Positions 48,776-58,900 of a DNA stretch of 64,000 nucleotides are shown here, in pieces. The notes below the pieces were generated by a model that saw only the letters and a program-made list of their open reading frames with translations, ran no database searches and was not told the origin of the DNA. The stretch lies in contig WAMF01000019.1 of assembly GCA_015522475.1 (NCBI GenBank), positions 5,098-69,097 of the forward strand. Direction: 5' to 3'. A program made the translations under genes and the position numbers. Every line of letters starts with the position of its first letter. Position 1 is the first letter of the stretch. Source of the stretch: Candidatus Micrarchaeota archaeon (lineage in GTDB: Archaea > Micrarchaeota > Micrarchaeia > Anstonellales > J096).

Positions 48776-49435
48776 TTATCTTTTCCCATCCCACTCAGCA
48801 AAGAACTCCTCTAAGAAGAGCTCCATGAAACGATGCCTGTGAGCGGCCAGCTCCTTAGCAGGCTCGGTGTAAAGCATGTCTTTGAGCTTGAGCAGCTTCT
48901 CGTAAAAGTGAGTTATAGAAGTAGGAGAGGGTTTCTTCCTGTAAGCTTCTGTGGTAAGCTCCTTCCTAGCTTTTACTTCTGGCAAGTGGATGGGCCTATT
49001 GTGCTTCCCACTGTAGGCAAAGACACGAGCTATACCTATAGCACCGAGTGCATCCAGTTTATCAGCGTCGGATACGGCTTTCCCTTCCAAACTTAGCTCT
49101 TCCGAGGAGCTGAGCTGCTTACCGAAGGACATATTGTCAACTATGTGAAGGATGTGCTTCTTTTGCTCATCGGATAAAGGCAAGCTTTGCAGGAAGGCTT
49201 CTAATCTTTTTCTCCTCTCAGCAGCGTCTGGAAACTTGTGGTCTGCCACATCCTGGAGAAGGGCACTCAGCTCTACCACTTCCAAGTCTAGCTTGGCCCC
49301 TCTCTTCTTAAGCTCCTCGGCTATACGCTTGGCTAAGCGCCACACACGAATGGCATGCCAGTAGTCGTGGCTCACATCTGTGGAAAGTTCTTGCTCAACG
49401 AAAGTTAGAGCTTTCTTGGTTAAGGGCTCATCCAT
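48776..49435 (-). CDS. HD-domain phosphohydrolase (YedJ/YpgQ-like)
   Basis: SHDYWHAIRV, SDADKLDALGAIGIARVF, HFYEKLLKL. The HD motif reads QD. Confidence 0.9.
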   Translation of the reverse strand: MDEPLTKKALTFVEQELSTDVSHDYWHAIRVWRLAKRIAEELKKRGAKLDLEVVELSALLQDVADHKFPDAAERRKRLEAFLQSLPLSDEQKKHILHIVDNMSFGKQLSSSEELSLEGKAVSDADKLDALGAIGIARVFAYSGKHNRPIHLPEVKARKELTTEAYRKKPSPTSITHFYEKLLKLKDMLYTEPAKELAAHRHRFMELFLEEFFAEWDGKR

Positions 49436-50605
49436 CTAAGCCACATCCAACTTGCCTTTAACAAAATCCTCTGTTACCTGCTCGATGTTGTCGAGGCTGT
49501 AGCCTATAATATAATCGACCTTTGCCTTAACGCTCTCGGGATCGACACCGTAGAGCTCCACATTGGCTATTTTCGGATCATTTATGGGCCTGCCTATCTG
49601 CGAAAGTAAGAAGACATCGACGTTTTGTACCTCTGCCAACTCCTCTTCTATTTGCTTGGCCATGCGGAAGGCCAAAGCCGAGTAGATTTTGCCAGTGTGC
49701 GTTACAGGATTTTTTCCTGCGGCAGCCTCCAGTGTCATGGGGCGCATCGGCGTTATTATGCCATTGATACGGTTGCCCCTGCCTACGCTGCCATCGTCGC
49801 CTGCTTCAATACTTGTGCCTGTTACTGTTATGTAAGGCGCTTCTCTGCTGTCGCCGGTGTTTATGAACACGTCAAAATCGTCGAAGAATTCGGCAGCAAG
49901 CTTTTCTACCTCAGCCTTTAACTGGTCTTTTTTGGCAAAGTAATCATCTACATCGCTGACGTACTTGGACACAAAAGCAACGGCCACTGTTATAGTGGCT
50001 TTTTTCCCTTCCCTTAAAGCCATAACCTTTATGTCTTCACCGACAAAAGGATATTTTGCCTTAAAGTCGTCGCTGTTCAACACAGCCTCGATGTGCAACG
50101 CGGCTTTTTCCAAGTTGCTGAAGGGAGCGAAGCCTACGCCAAAGCTTGTGTCGTTGGCTAGATGCTTCTCGCTACGCATGAAAATTTCGACGAGGTCTTT
50201 ACTGCCAGGCCTTATCTTTGATTCATACGTAGCGTGAACACGAGCGTCGAAGTTTCTTACTTTGCTAAGTTCCTCTTGGGCTACTTCTATAGCTATTTCA
50301 TCGACGGGAATCTCTATGCCTTTGTATTCGTTGGTCGCTCTACCTGTCAAGAATACATGCACGGGACTTATAACCTCTCCACCACCAAACTCGGGCTTAG
50401 CCTCCCCACCGACGATAAGGCCCTTGTCAACGTTGTGATGGGCTATCTTCCCAAACTTACTCAAGTACTCGTCGCAGAGCCTTCTGCTTATCCCTTCCAT
50501 AATGTGGTCTATGAGAGTATCTGGATGGCCTAAGCCCTTCCTCTCGACAATCTCTACTTGCCTAAACGGAGCTGGTAAGCTCTTAGCCTGTTGAATAACG
50601 CGCAT
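49436..50605 (-). CDS. mat: Archaeal methionine adenosyltransferase
   Basis: VERKGLGHPD, HHNVDKG, ANDTSFGVG, GEDIKVM, GDDGSVGRGNR, EAAAGKNPVTHTGKIY. Confidence 0.96.
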   Translation of the reverse strand: MRVIQQAKSLPAPFRQVEIVERKGLGHPDTLIDHIMEGISRRLCDEYLSKFGKIAHHNVDKGLIVGGEAKPEFGGGEVISPVHVFLTGRATNEYKGIEIPVDEIAIEVAQEELSKVRNFDARVHATYESKIRPGSKDLVEIFMRSEKHLANDTSFGVGFAPFSNLEKAALHIEAVLNSDDFKAKYPFVGEDIKVMALREGKKATITVAVAFVSKYVSDVDDYFAKKDQLKAEVEKLAAEFFDDFDVFINTGDSREAPYITVTGTSIEAGDDGSVGRGNRINGIITPMRPMTLEAAAGKNPVTHTGKIYSALAFRMAKQIEEELAEVQNVDVFLLSQIGRPINDPKIANVELYGVDPESVKAKVDYIIGYSLDNIEQVTEDFVKGKLDVA

Positions 50606-50705
50606 AAAGGCTATGGGAAGAAAGTTTTTATAGAGTTATGCTTGTTCGACTGATGTCTGGCGGCTACCACCAACTAGTAGTCACTACACACTTCCACTTA
50701 CAGCG

Positions 50706-50820
50706 CTAGTCTCTAACCCTCTCCTTCAGGAGCGTATATGCTTCGATAGCCCTCTGAACATCCTTCTCGTCTATGATTAAGTCTATCTCGGTATAGGCGG
50801 ATTCCCGCTCAGAGAAGGCG
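50706..50820 (-). pseudogene. C-terminal fragment of an ACT-domain-like protein
   Basis: 'SAYTEIDLIIDEKDVQRAIEAYTLL*' has no plausible start and is cut off by the tRNA promoter. Confidence 0.4.
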
Positions 50821-50856
50821 TGTTTTAAAAGCCTTTCCTCTATATAAAGAGCTAAC

Positions 50857-50931
50857 AGCGGGGTAGGGTAGCCTGGAGTGCCCGCCGGGCTCATAACCCG
50901 GAAATCGGTGGTTCAAATCCACCCCCCGCTA
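50857..50931 (+). tRNA. Initiator tRNA-Met (CAT)
   Basis: A1-U72 pair, CCGGG CT CAT AA CCCGG anticodon arm with three G-C pairs, GGTTCAAATCC T-arm. TATA TTTTAAAA at 50823. Confidence 0.96.
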
Positions 50932-51093
50932 CTCCTTGCTGACGAAACAGGAATAAACATTGAAAAAGAACTTGAGAGAAATAAGGTAGGCATATACATA
51001 TATGAGGAAGAAGCTACAGAATGGAGTATAAAAACAGGTATAGCAAAGGAGTTCGCAACCGTTCCATGGCGTGAATGGATAGATTCTGATTAG
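50932..51093 (+). pseudogene. Start-less gene remnant abutting the tRNA 3' end
   Basis: Protein-like 53-codon frame LLADETGINIEKELERNKVG...WIDSD* begins exactly at the tRNA discriminator. Confidence 0.4.
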
Positions 51094-51099
51094 TCTGAG

Positions 51100-51696
51100 C
51101 TAAGCCCGCGAGCCAAACTTCTCCTTATACCAATATGCACCGAACACGATAAGAACGAGAATGAGAAGGAAAAGCGTAACCTCCGACGTGTACTTTGATA
51201 TGAGCGCTTGATTCAAGCCCACGAAATAACCGATAGCCAAGAGAAAAATGTCCCACAAGAAGGAGCCTGCAAAAGTATAGAGGAAGAATTCCTTTAAGTC
51301 CATCTTTGCCAGACCTGCCGGAAAAGAAATATACTCTCGAACGATGGGAATTAACCTGCCCGTGAATGTTATGATGGCGCCGTGCTTATTGAAAAGCTCC
51401 TCTGTCCTTTTCAAAATGCGCTCGTCTATAAAAAGGAATTTTTTGTACTTCAACAGAAAGGCCTCGCCGAACGTCGCTGCGAGCCAGTAATTGATGTAAG
51501 CGCCGACGAGATTGCCGAGAGTCCCTACAGCCAACGCTATGATTAGGCTCATGTGGCCCAAAGCCGCTAAATAGCCAGCAGGAATCATGACGAGCTCAGA
51601 GGGGAAGGGAAAGAAAGAGCTCTCCAATGTCATAAAAAAGAAGATAGCCACATAACCGTAGGTATTCAGATAAGGAAGGAGAGCTACATAGTCCAT
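51100..51696 (-). CDS. DedA family membrane protein
   Basis: 'LESSFFPFPSELVMIPAG', 'GRLIPIVREYISFPAG'. Confidence 0.95.
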   Translation of the reverse strand: MDYVALLPYLNTYGYVAIFFFMTLESSFFPFPSELVMIPAGYLAALGHMSLIIALAVGTLGNLVGAYINYWLAATFGEAFLLKYKKFLFIDERILKRTEELFNKHGAIITFTGRLIPIVREYISFPAGLAKMDLKEFFLYTFAGSFLWDIFLLAIGYFVGLNQALISKYTSEVTLFLLILVLIVFGAYWYKEKFGSRA

Positions 51697-51812
51697 TGCT
51701 ATCGCCTTAATATAGGTTAATGTGAATAGTAACCACACACTTTTTATAGGTTGGGGTAGGTGATGATGGCAGCTACATGTTTATATGTTTGACGTAAGAG
51801 ATAGCTTTTTAT

Positions 51813-52403
51813 ATGCTTACGTTCTTTTAGACTCATACGAGCCTATCACATCTTCATAATCACGTTGGTCTTAATAGGTGTTATACTAACGAGTGGTGTG
51901 AAAGCAGCGATTTGGACGTAAAAGGAATAAAAGCAAGCTGCACAACCACAACAGGAAAGAGTGTTACAGTGGATGCAAAGGTTCACAGGGTATGTACCTC
52001 TACAGCCTTTGGAGCATGTGTGAGTGGGTATGCTGTTGTCGATGGCCTTTGGATTAAAATAGATAATGTAAATTACCCAACCAATTATGCCACTCAATTG
52101 TATATTGCAAATAGCAGTGGCTCTATGAACTTCTTCTTAAGGCTGCCAGCCCAGGTGAATGGATGTAGTTGGGTAAAGATCCCTAACTCGCAAATAAGTT
52201 CAATAAGCACATACACTCTTTCCCAGGATATAAACTACATTAAAGATGTAGACACCATAGATGATCTTAAAAACAGGATAAATGAAAGGCTTTTCTGTGG
52301 AGGGTCGGACCAAGTCTCAATAACAAAGTATTATGAAAACTCAACATTTTATTCTGTAAAGTCAAGCGACATGCCGGATGTCAGTGGCAGAGCTGCAGTA
52401 TGA
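51813..52403 (+). pseudogene. Secreted Cys-containing protein, apparently frameshifted at the 5' end
   Basis: ORF 51912-52403 lacks a signal peptide. An out-of-frame signal-like segment RLIRAYHIFIITLVLIGVILTSGVKA lies immediately upstream. Confidence 0.45.
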
Positions 52404-52593
52404 GTGATATATAAGTAATGAGACAAGTAAAGCTTTGGAGCAACATTAATTAGAAAAGAGCAAAGGGTAAGAGGTTATACTACCTTCCTAGTAGTAGATG
52501 ACAACCATTTTAAATGGGCTCATGAGTAAGTCACCACGCAATCTCTAAAACCTCTGGAAGTTTTAAGCATGAAATTTGTCCCATTTGTCCCAA

Positions 52594-55500
52594 TCATCCC
52601 CAATACTCTTTGTATAGCTTTCTCCCAAAGGAGATGAACACTATGGCCAAAAGCAACAAGAAGAGCAAAAGAGCCCAATTTGTGCCTCCAGCCTGTTCTT
52701 TGCTGGATGAAGTGCTTGGATTTTCTACACCTTGTTCCGAGAGAACGGCGTACTGCATACATGTTCTCAAGCCGTTGCAGTAATCTGATGTGCTTTTTCC
52801 GCAAACATCCTGGAAATACTTAACAGCACATGTTTCATTCTTAGCCTCTATGCATCCTTGAAGCACATCACACTTGTACTCATCTGTGCAGTCCTTTATG
52901 TGCTCTGTGAGGCACTTAAAAAATTGATCTTGGCAAGTTAGGAAAAGATGGTCATCAGAAAAAATTTTTATGGGCACATCTCCGCCAAAGTAAGAGTAAA
53001 GTTCTATGTCATAAGTACTCGTTTTATCAATGTGGAAGCGAGCTGTTCCTTTGCCAGAAAATGCAGGTATTTCAACTTTAAATGGATGAGAACCTGCTCG
53101 CTTTACTGAAAGCATACCTCCAGTCCCTTTGAAGAATCCCGAGATATCATCTATTAGTGTAAGGATGTCATTGTCAGGGCAAATCAACGAATAATTTACA
53201 TTCAGTTGGCAAGAATTAGGCAAGGAAAGAGGCTCAATCAAAGGCTGGAAGCCAAACTTGTAAAGAGAAAGATTTCCTTTTCCACCTGAAACTGCAAAAT
53301 CCACATTTCCTCTTGCATTCGTCTTGTCATCCGCTGTATAGTTGGTTCCATCTTCTTGAAGAAGCTTCAGCTCAGCAGACACCTCCGCCACAGGCTGCGA
53401 CTCATTTTCTACATGAACATGCAAGACGGTTTGACCATCTGCACAATAAGACATAGAAACATTGAATCGCGGATCATTGGGGTTGGCTATTGCAACTTTC
53501 TTTTCAATACCTGTCTTACAATCTGAGTTTAATACACCCTTGCCTAAGACAGTGTAGATGCCAGAGTGAACTTCTTTGGCTTTGCATGTTATGTTATCCA
53601 CTTGTTCATGGGCACATACAAATGCGGACTCTTCACCTGTAGGGTTCGGCACAACAGCCAGAGACAAATAAGGCTTTTTACTACCTGTGTATGTGGCTTT
53701 TAATGTGAAGTTGTAGGATGTGGCAGTAATCTTGGAAGGTAAATCGCCAAAGGAAAGTTGAAGCGCATCGCAGTTATTTTGTAATATGGATTGACCTGAA
53801 GAGGAGTTACCTGAACCTGAAGATCCCTGGCCAGGAGCTGAAAAGCCACTTCCTTTTCCACATAGGTCCACTTCTATGCCTTTTGAAGTACTGAAATAAT
53901 TTCTTTCTTCGATGTCTGGAATAACAAATGTAACGTTACCTTCATATCCCTGTCTTTCGAAAATTAAATACAAGGTAGCAGGATAGCAAGAATATAATCT
54001 CCCAAACAAGCTGTGGGGCCGATAGAGAGTAGTGCTCCCTTTTCCTGCATTATCCGTGTAGATTTCTGCAGTTACATCCCTGTAAAAACAAGAATCTTCA
54101 CGATGATTAAGAACTAATTTAACGGTAATTTTTGTGTTTGGGATGCCTTGGGATTCATTAGATACATTCAAAACGTGTACAGATATATCAATAGGATATT
54201 TATAGTGAGTAAAAAATCTATGGATTTTTACTTCTCGTCCTACTACATCATAATTTATAATGCCGAAAGGCTCACATCCCTTATCGCCCCAAATAGATGG
54301 GCCACCTCCTCCATTGTTCCCATTGCTTCCATTACCTCCCCCTCCGCTCGTGCCTCCACTGCCAGAAGCAGAGACGCCCGGGCCGGAAGGCACGCAGTTA
54401 TCACTCTCATTTACAGAAGGATTCGAAACCTCCGTTACATAAGGATATCCGTTGGCGTTTACACCTATGATAAGGGCTGTATCGCTCGCATGATAGCCTG
54501 CCTTGGCCAAATGCAAAGTAGCCTGCTCATAATCGCCGGGGTTAGGTGCGGGAATGTCTGCTATTAAGACATTTCCGCTTTCATTAGAAGTGTTTGTATA
54601 TACTTGGCCATCGGCTGTGGTAAGCCATGCTTGAGCGTTTGCTAGATGTTTGTTATTTTCATCCACAGTAAAGAAGGAGAGGTTTAATTTTGAGCCCTCT
54701 TTAAGTTTTGGCAAGGCAAAATATTCTACTGTTAGATTACAAGTTTCAGTAGAGCGACCATAATAATACGGTGAGAATCCGATGTGAACTCCAGAAGCTT
54801 TCTCTGGTTTGCATACATCCGAACTTATATAAGTTAGCTTACTATAAGGATCACGGAAAGACGCGCTCATCTCACCAATGTATGCGCATGCCACGCCTTT
54901 CAGCCAATTAGGATCTGACTGTTGAAGCTCTGCAGGATATACTTTGCATGCACCTTTCCCTTCATAAGATCCCTTTAAGAAATCAACACAGTAATCAGCT
55001 TCGCCATTATAATTTGAAAAACAGTTCTTATTATGATCCGGAAGAATTTGGCATAACTGTTGAGTGAAATATGAGTTGGATACGTCAAAGCCCATATATT
55101 CTGGAGTGTAAAAATCGGGGCCAGCATAATGGGCGTCACAGCTTTTATCTAAAGAGATCTCGCAAATACTGTTGCCTACTATTGTTCCATTGGTCTGACT
55201 CGAACAATAGAAAGATCCCCATTTAGTTTTGTGTAAAGTAGTGCACTTTGGACATATGAGATCACCGCCTACTGCCAAACCATCAGAGAGAACTCCACCA
55301 ACATTGCCACTCAAACATGCGCTGTTCCCGCTGCTTTCTCTAGGCGGCGGGCATGGTCTAGAAGGATCGCATGAGCAGACAACAATATCTTGAGCTGCGC
55401 CATAGCTGCCTTTTGTAGCTACAACGTAGTAATAACCCTCATCCACATCAGGAAAGATAGCTGAACCGTCACTGTCTGAATAGGCAGAGGTGTTTGTACC

Positions 55501-55974
55501 ATCAGGATACGTAAGATCTATATAAGCGCCAGAAACAGGTTCCTTGCCAGAGCTATCATAAACTGTTATCTCCAAGGACTGTGTTGAGCCCCGATTACAT
55601 ATTATATGTGACTGGATGACTAAAGGTTTAGCCGAAGTAGCACCAGCTGTCATGACAAGAGGCTCGGACATGCCTTTGTTGCCGTCGACATCTTCTGCCA
55701 CAACGAGCACGACGTACGCCTTTCCCACTTCCAAACCTTCAAATGTGTGCTGTATCACAACATGTTGGGTTGAGACCTGCTGCGTGTATTTATCTACTTG
55801 TTGGCCATCCAAATAGAGATAAAATGTTACGCGAGCTATATTGCTGTCTGGATCCGTAACGCTCGCATTGACAGTTATAATACCATTATTTGTTTGCTCA
55901 TCACCGTTCTGAGCAAAGATATATGGCATAAGAAGCAAGAGAAGCAAAAACACAAACACTGCTTTTCTTCTCAT
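52594..55974 (-). CDS. Large surface protein (~1126 aa) with Ig/FN3/carboxypeptidase-regulatory-like beta domains, Cys-rich segments and a C-terminal TM anchor
   Basis: Signal MRRKAVFVFLLLLLLMPYIFA, 'VSGAYIDLTYPDG...SDSDGSAIF' type repeats, G/S linkers, C-terminal 'WALLLFLLLLAIVFISFGRK'. ATGA overlap with the upstream gene. Confidence 0.85.
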   Translation of the reverse strand: MRRKAVFVFLLLLLLMPYIFAQNGDEQTNNGIITVNASVTDPDSNIARVTFYLYLDGQQVDKYTQQVSTQHVVIQHTFEGLEVGKAYVVLVVAEDVDGNKGMSEPLVMTAGATSAKPLVIQSHIICNRGSTQSLEITVYDSSGKEPVSGAYIDLTYPDGTNTSAYSDSDGSAIFPDVDEGYYYVVATKGSYGAAQDIVVCSCDPSRPCPPPRESSGNSACLSGNVGGVLSDGLAVGGDLICPKCTTLHKTKWGSFYCSSQTNGTIVGNSICEISLDKSCDAHYAGPDFYTPEYMGFDVSNSYFTQQLCQILPDHNKNCFSNYNGEADYCVDFLKGSYEGKGACKVYPAELQQSDPNWLKGVACAYIGEMSASFRDPYSKLTYISSDVCKPEKASGVHIGFSPYYYGRSTETCNLTVEYFALPKLKEGSKLNLSFFTVDENNKHLANAQAWLTTADGQVYTNTSNESGNVLIADIPAPNPGDYEQATLHLAKAGYHASDTALIIGVNANGYPYVTEVSNPSVNESDNCVPSGPGVSASGSGGTSGGGGNGSNGNNGGGGPSIWGDKGCEPFGIINYDVVGREVKIHRFFTHYKYPIDISVHVLNVSNESQGIPNTKITVKLVLNHREDSCFYRDVTAEIYTDNAGKGSTTLYRPHSLFGRLYSCYPATLYLIFERQGYEGNVTFVIPDIEERNYFSTSKGIEVDLCGKGSGFSAPGQGSSGSGNSSSGQSILQNNCDALQLSFGDLPSKITATSYNFTLKATYTGSKKPYLSLAVVPNPTGEESAFVCAHEQVDNITCKAKEVHSGIYTVLGKGVLNSDCKTGIEKKVAIANPNDPRFNVSMSYCADGQTVLHVHVENESQPVAEVSAELKLLQEDGTNYTADDKTNARGNVDFAVSGGKGNLSLYKFGFQPLIEPLSLPNSCQLNVNYSLICPDNDILTLIDDISGFFKGTGGMLSVKRAGSHPFKVEIPAFSGKGTARFHIDKTSTYDIELYSYFGGDVPIKIFSDDHLFLTCQDQFFKCLTEHIKDCTDEYKCDVLQGCIEAKNETCAVKYFQDVCGKSTSDYCNGLRTCMQYAVLSEQGVENPSTSSSKEQAGGTNWALLLFLLLLAIVFISFGRKLYKEYWG

Positions 55975-58900
55975 CCACCTCCACCTCCTGAGGAACCTTG
56001 CCCTTGAGAAGAGCTCGTTGTGACACACTTATTGTCTCGGACAGAGCCACCCCTTTCTTCGCAAACAGTTGCAAAGGCCTTTGCATCATAGTAACATTTA
56101 TTGCCGCTCAGCAAGTCAGCTATATTTTCTGTTCCATCTGAGTCGCCACTTGCCGTGCCAGTCAAAACATTAGGTGTAAGCCAATAATTAGCGCATATCT
56201 CCTCGTTTGTTGCTGATTGGGTATAATAAGCGGTGTCATTCTTCTGACAATATGTATTGGGAATTGTCTTGCTTTCAGCAGGCTCGACTACAGCAGAAGC
56301 ATTGAAGCAGATGCCATTGCAAAGCACATAGCCTGAGTTGCCATCTCTGCCTTCACAGAATTGCTCTGTTCCCACATCAATGGAAGCATTGAAGCAACTT
56401 GTATCAGAGCTGTAATCGCAGCTTGCATCAACTGGCTGGCCAGCAACAAGATTCTTAGACGGCGTTTCTATTACAACAACAGGAGGCTTTCCGCCCTTGC
56501 TTTTCTCCTCTGTATACCCGCCTTTTGTGCAAAGCAGATCTTCCTGTGTCTCTGTCGTATGCTTATCATAACAAACACCATTCGGCGCAACAAAGCCACC
56601 TCTTTCTTCGCAAAGCTCTGTGAAGTTCTTGGCGTTGTAGTAGCAAGAGCCACCATCAAGCAATCCAGGTATGTCCAAAGTTCCATCTTCACTGCCATCC
56701 GAGTTACCTGTAAGAACATGGGGTGTTTTCCAATCATTTTGACAGATGGTTTGATTAGAAGACAATTCAGTGTATAGATAATAGGTGTCGTCTTCTTGAT
56801 TGACACAACCACTTGCTGCATTAGAAAGATCTGTGATATATCTATTTAGCAACTCGTCATATGAATGATAGGTCGTACAATCATGAGTATAATAAGAGAT
56901 CAGTGCAATATGAAAATGGTTAACACATTCATCGCAGTTACTATCCCAAAAACAACTACCAGATAAATCTTTTTCAGTACTACTGCAGCGAGCATCGCCC
57001 GATTTGCTCCCATTCCAATCATAATTATAATGCTCACAGAGAAGTTGGTAATTTGATACGTCGTTTATTTGCAGTGTCCCAGCACATGCAAGTAATCCTG
57101 TATGACAATGGGGTTCGCAAAGTATACCTCCATATGAATAATTCTCATCTCTACACAACTGTTCCCAGTTCAACAGATATGACTGCTGTCCATAACAATT
57201 CCCTCCACAGATATAATCAGGAACTTCTCCATCTGATCCCTTGCAAAACTGCGCCGTTCCAGTAGAAACAGAGTTCTTAAAGCAGCTTGTGTTAGAGCTG
57301 TAATCGCAGCTTGCGTCTATAGTTTTATAGTAGCAAAGGCCACTGCTTTCATTGAACCAACCACCCTGATCTTCACAACGCTTCTTAGCTGGATAGCTCT
57401 CGTTCATCGTATATTCACACGCTTTATCAACAATGTAGCAGCGGAAGTTCTCTAGACTCTGCCCTGTTATCTCCTGAATACGCTGGAGGGTCATGGGCTC
57501 TTTGAAGCAAGGTTGCTTTTTCGTCTTGTTCTGCATAGCTATAGGCATCTCACCAAGAGGTTCATATTGGGGCATGAGGTCATATGTATAAACGTAATCT
57601 AGGATAGGATATGTACAAACGTACTTTGTAACATTTGTTGTCTCGTTTATAGGAATCTGTTTTTCCGAGCAGTTTATTGCTTCTGGATACTTGTTCATAA
57701 AGGGCTGAAGAAGCGCCTTATCGGGGCCAACTGAAGTCTGTAGACCAGGATACTCCTGCTCAAGCTGAGCCCTGTAAAACCTATCAATATACTGAAGGAG
57801 ATCAAGAGGTGGATTCGTTAAAATACCGCAATCGTTAGTTTCATTCTCCGGCGTAGGATCGCAAATAGCGAAGCCTGTTGTATTACCAGCAACACATATG
57901 GACATGCCAGAGTCCTTTGACACAGAAGCTACAACAGGAGCAAACACGTCATAAACGCTCGTTGTAGAGAACTTTGCTGCTATGGATTGCGGAGACATAG
58001 TTGTTAACACTGGATGTCCCTTCTTATCCAATGAGTAGCAAATAATGGAATGGTTAGTTTCATTGAACCAGGTGGGCGAGGTACATAGAGAACTAGGCAT
58101 AAGTGTCGACTGCACTTTATTGAACATGTTTATAGGTGTCTCATTTGTGCCATAGGGCTTAGGCACAACAGATTTTTTGAAAAGGGCATAAGTAATGTGT
58201 CTTCCAGAAAGTGCATCAAACATAGGCCCATAACCACAGAAGTTGTCTTCCATCTTCGTTAAGTCGCCCTTAAGGATAAGGCCTGCAATACCCATATTTG
58301 TAAGATTAGCTCTATATTCGCGTGCGAAAATAGTGGCGTTGAAAGGATTGCTAAATAGCGGGCTATTAACATCAACATCTACTAGAGAGGGAAAGCCAAG
58401 AGAACGGCCGCCTTCTGCAGTAGTAATTAATGTGGTTAGAGCATCCGTAAAGTTAGAGCTTAAGCTTAGAGTATTCGAAGAATTGTAGAGCAATGTGGGA
58501 ATTTCTCCAGACTGCACCACTTTAGGCAGATTAGTTAAGCTCGTTATGAGCATACACTCAGGACAGTTTTGGGCAGCAGTTTTAACTTGAGCTCCATTCT
58601 CAACATATATACCCGTTGGCCCGCCGCGTAGATGTATTGTGTTCTTCAATTCAGAATCCACTTTGCTTTCATCAACTATGGGCAGAACACTTTGGTCAAG
58701 TAAGTGTTGAATAACATAGGATGTTCCACTGTTATAACTAGAGCTTGTGAAATGAGCGGTGTTGAGCTTGCTGCAACCTTCGCAAGCCCCCACATCAACA
58801 CGAACAAGGTTGCCATCACCGTCAACAAGACAATCGCCCAAAGCAGAATAATTGCCAAGCCCGGGCACAGTAATCTTCGCCTCGTCGTAAGGATAATCTA

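Noticed and set aside
50878-50931. ORF starts inside tRNA-iMet (50878 + and 50894 -) as an SSV-type split integrase
   Set aside because: The starts are artefacts of the tRNA sequence, and the downstream peptides show no tyrosine-recombinase motifs.
51760-51795. GTGATGA as the C box of another sRNA
   Set aside because: No CTGA D/D' boxes at proper spacing and no terminal stem
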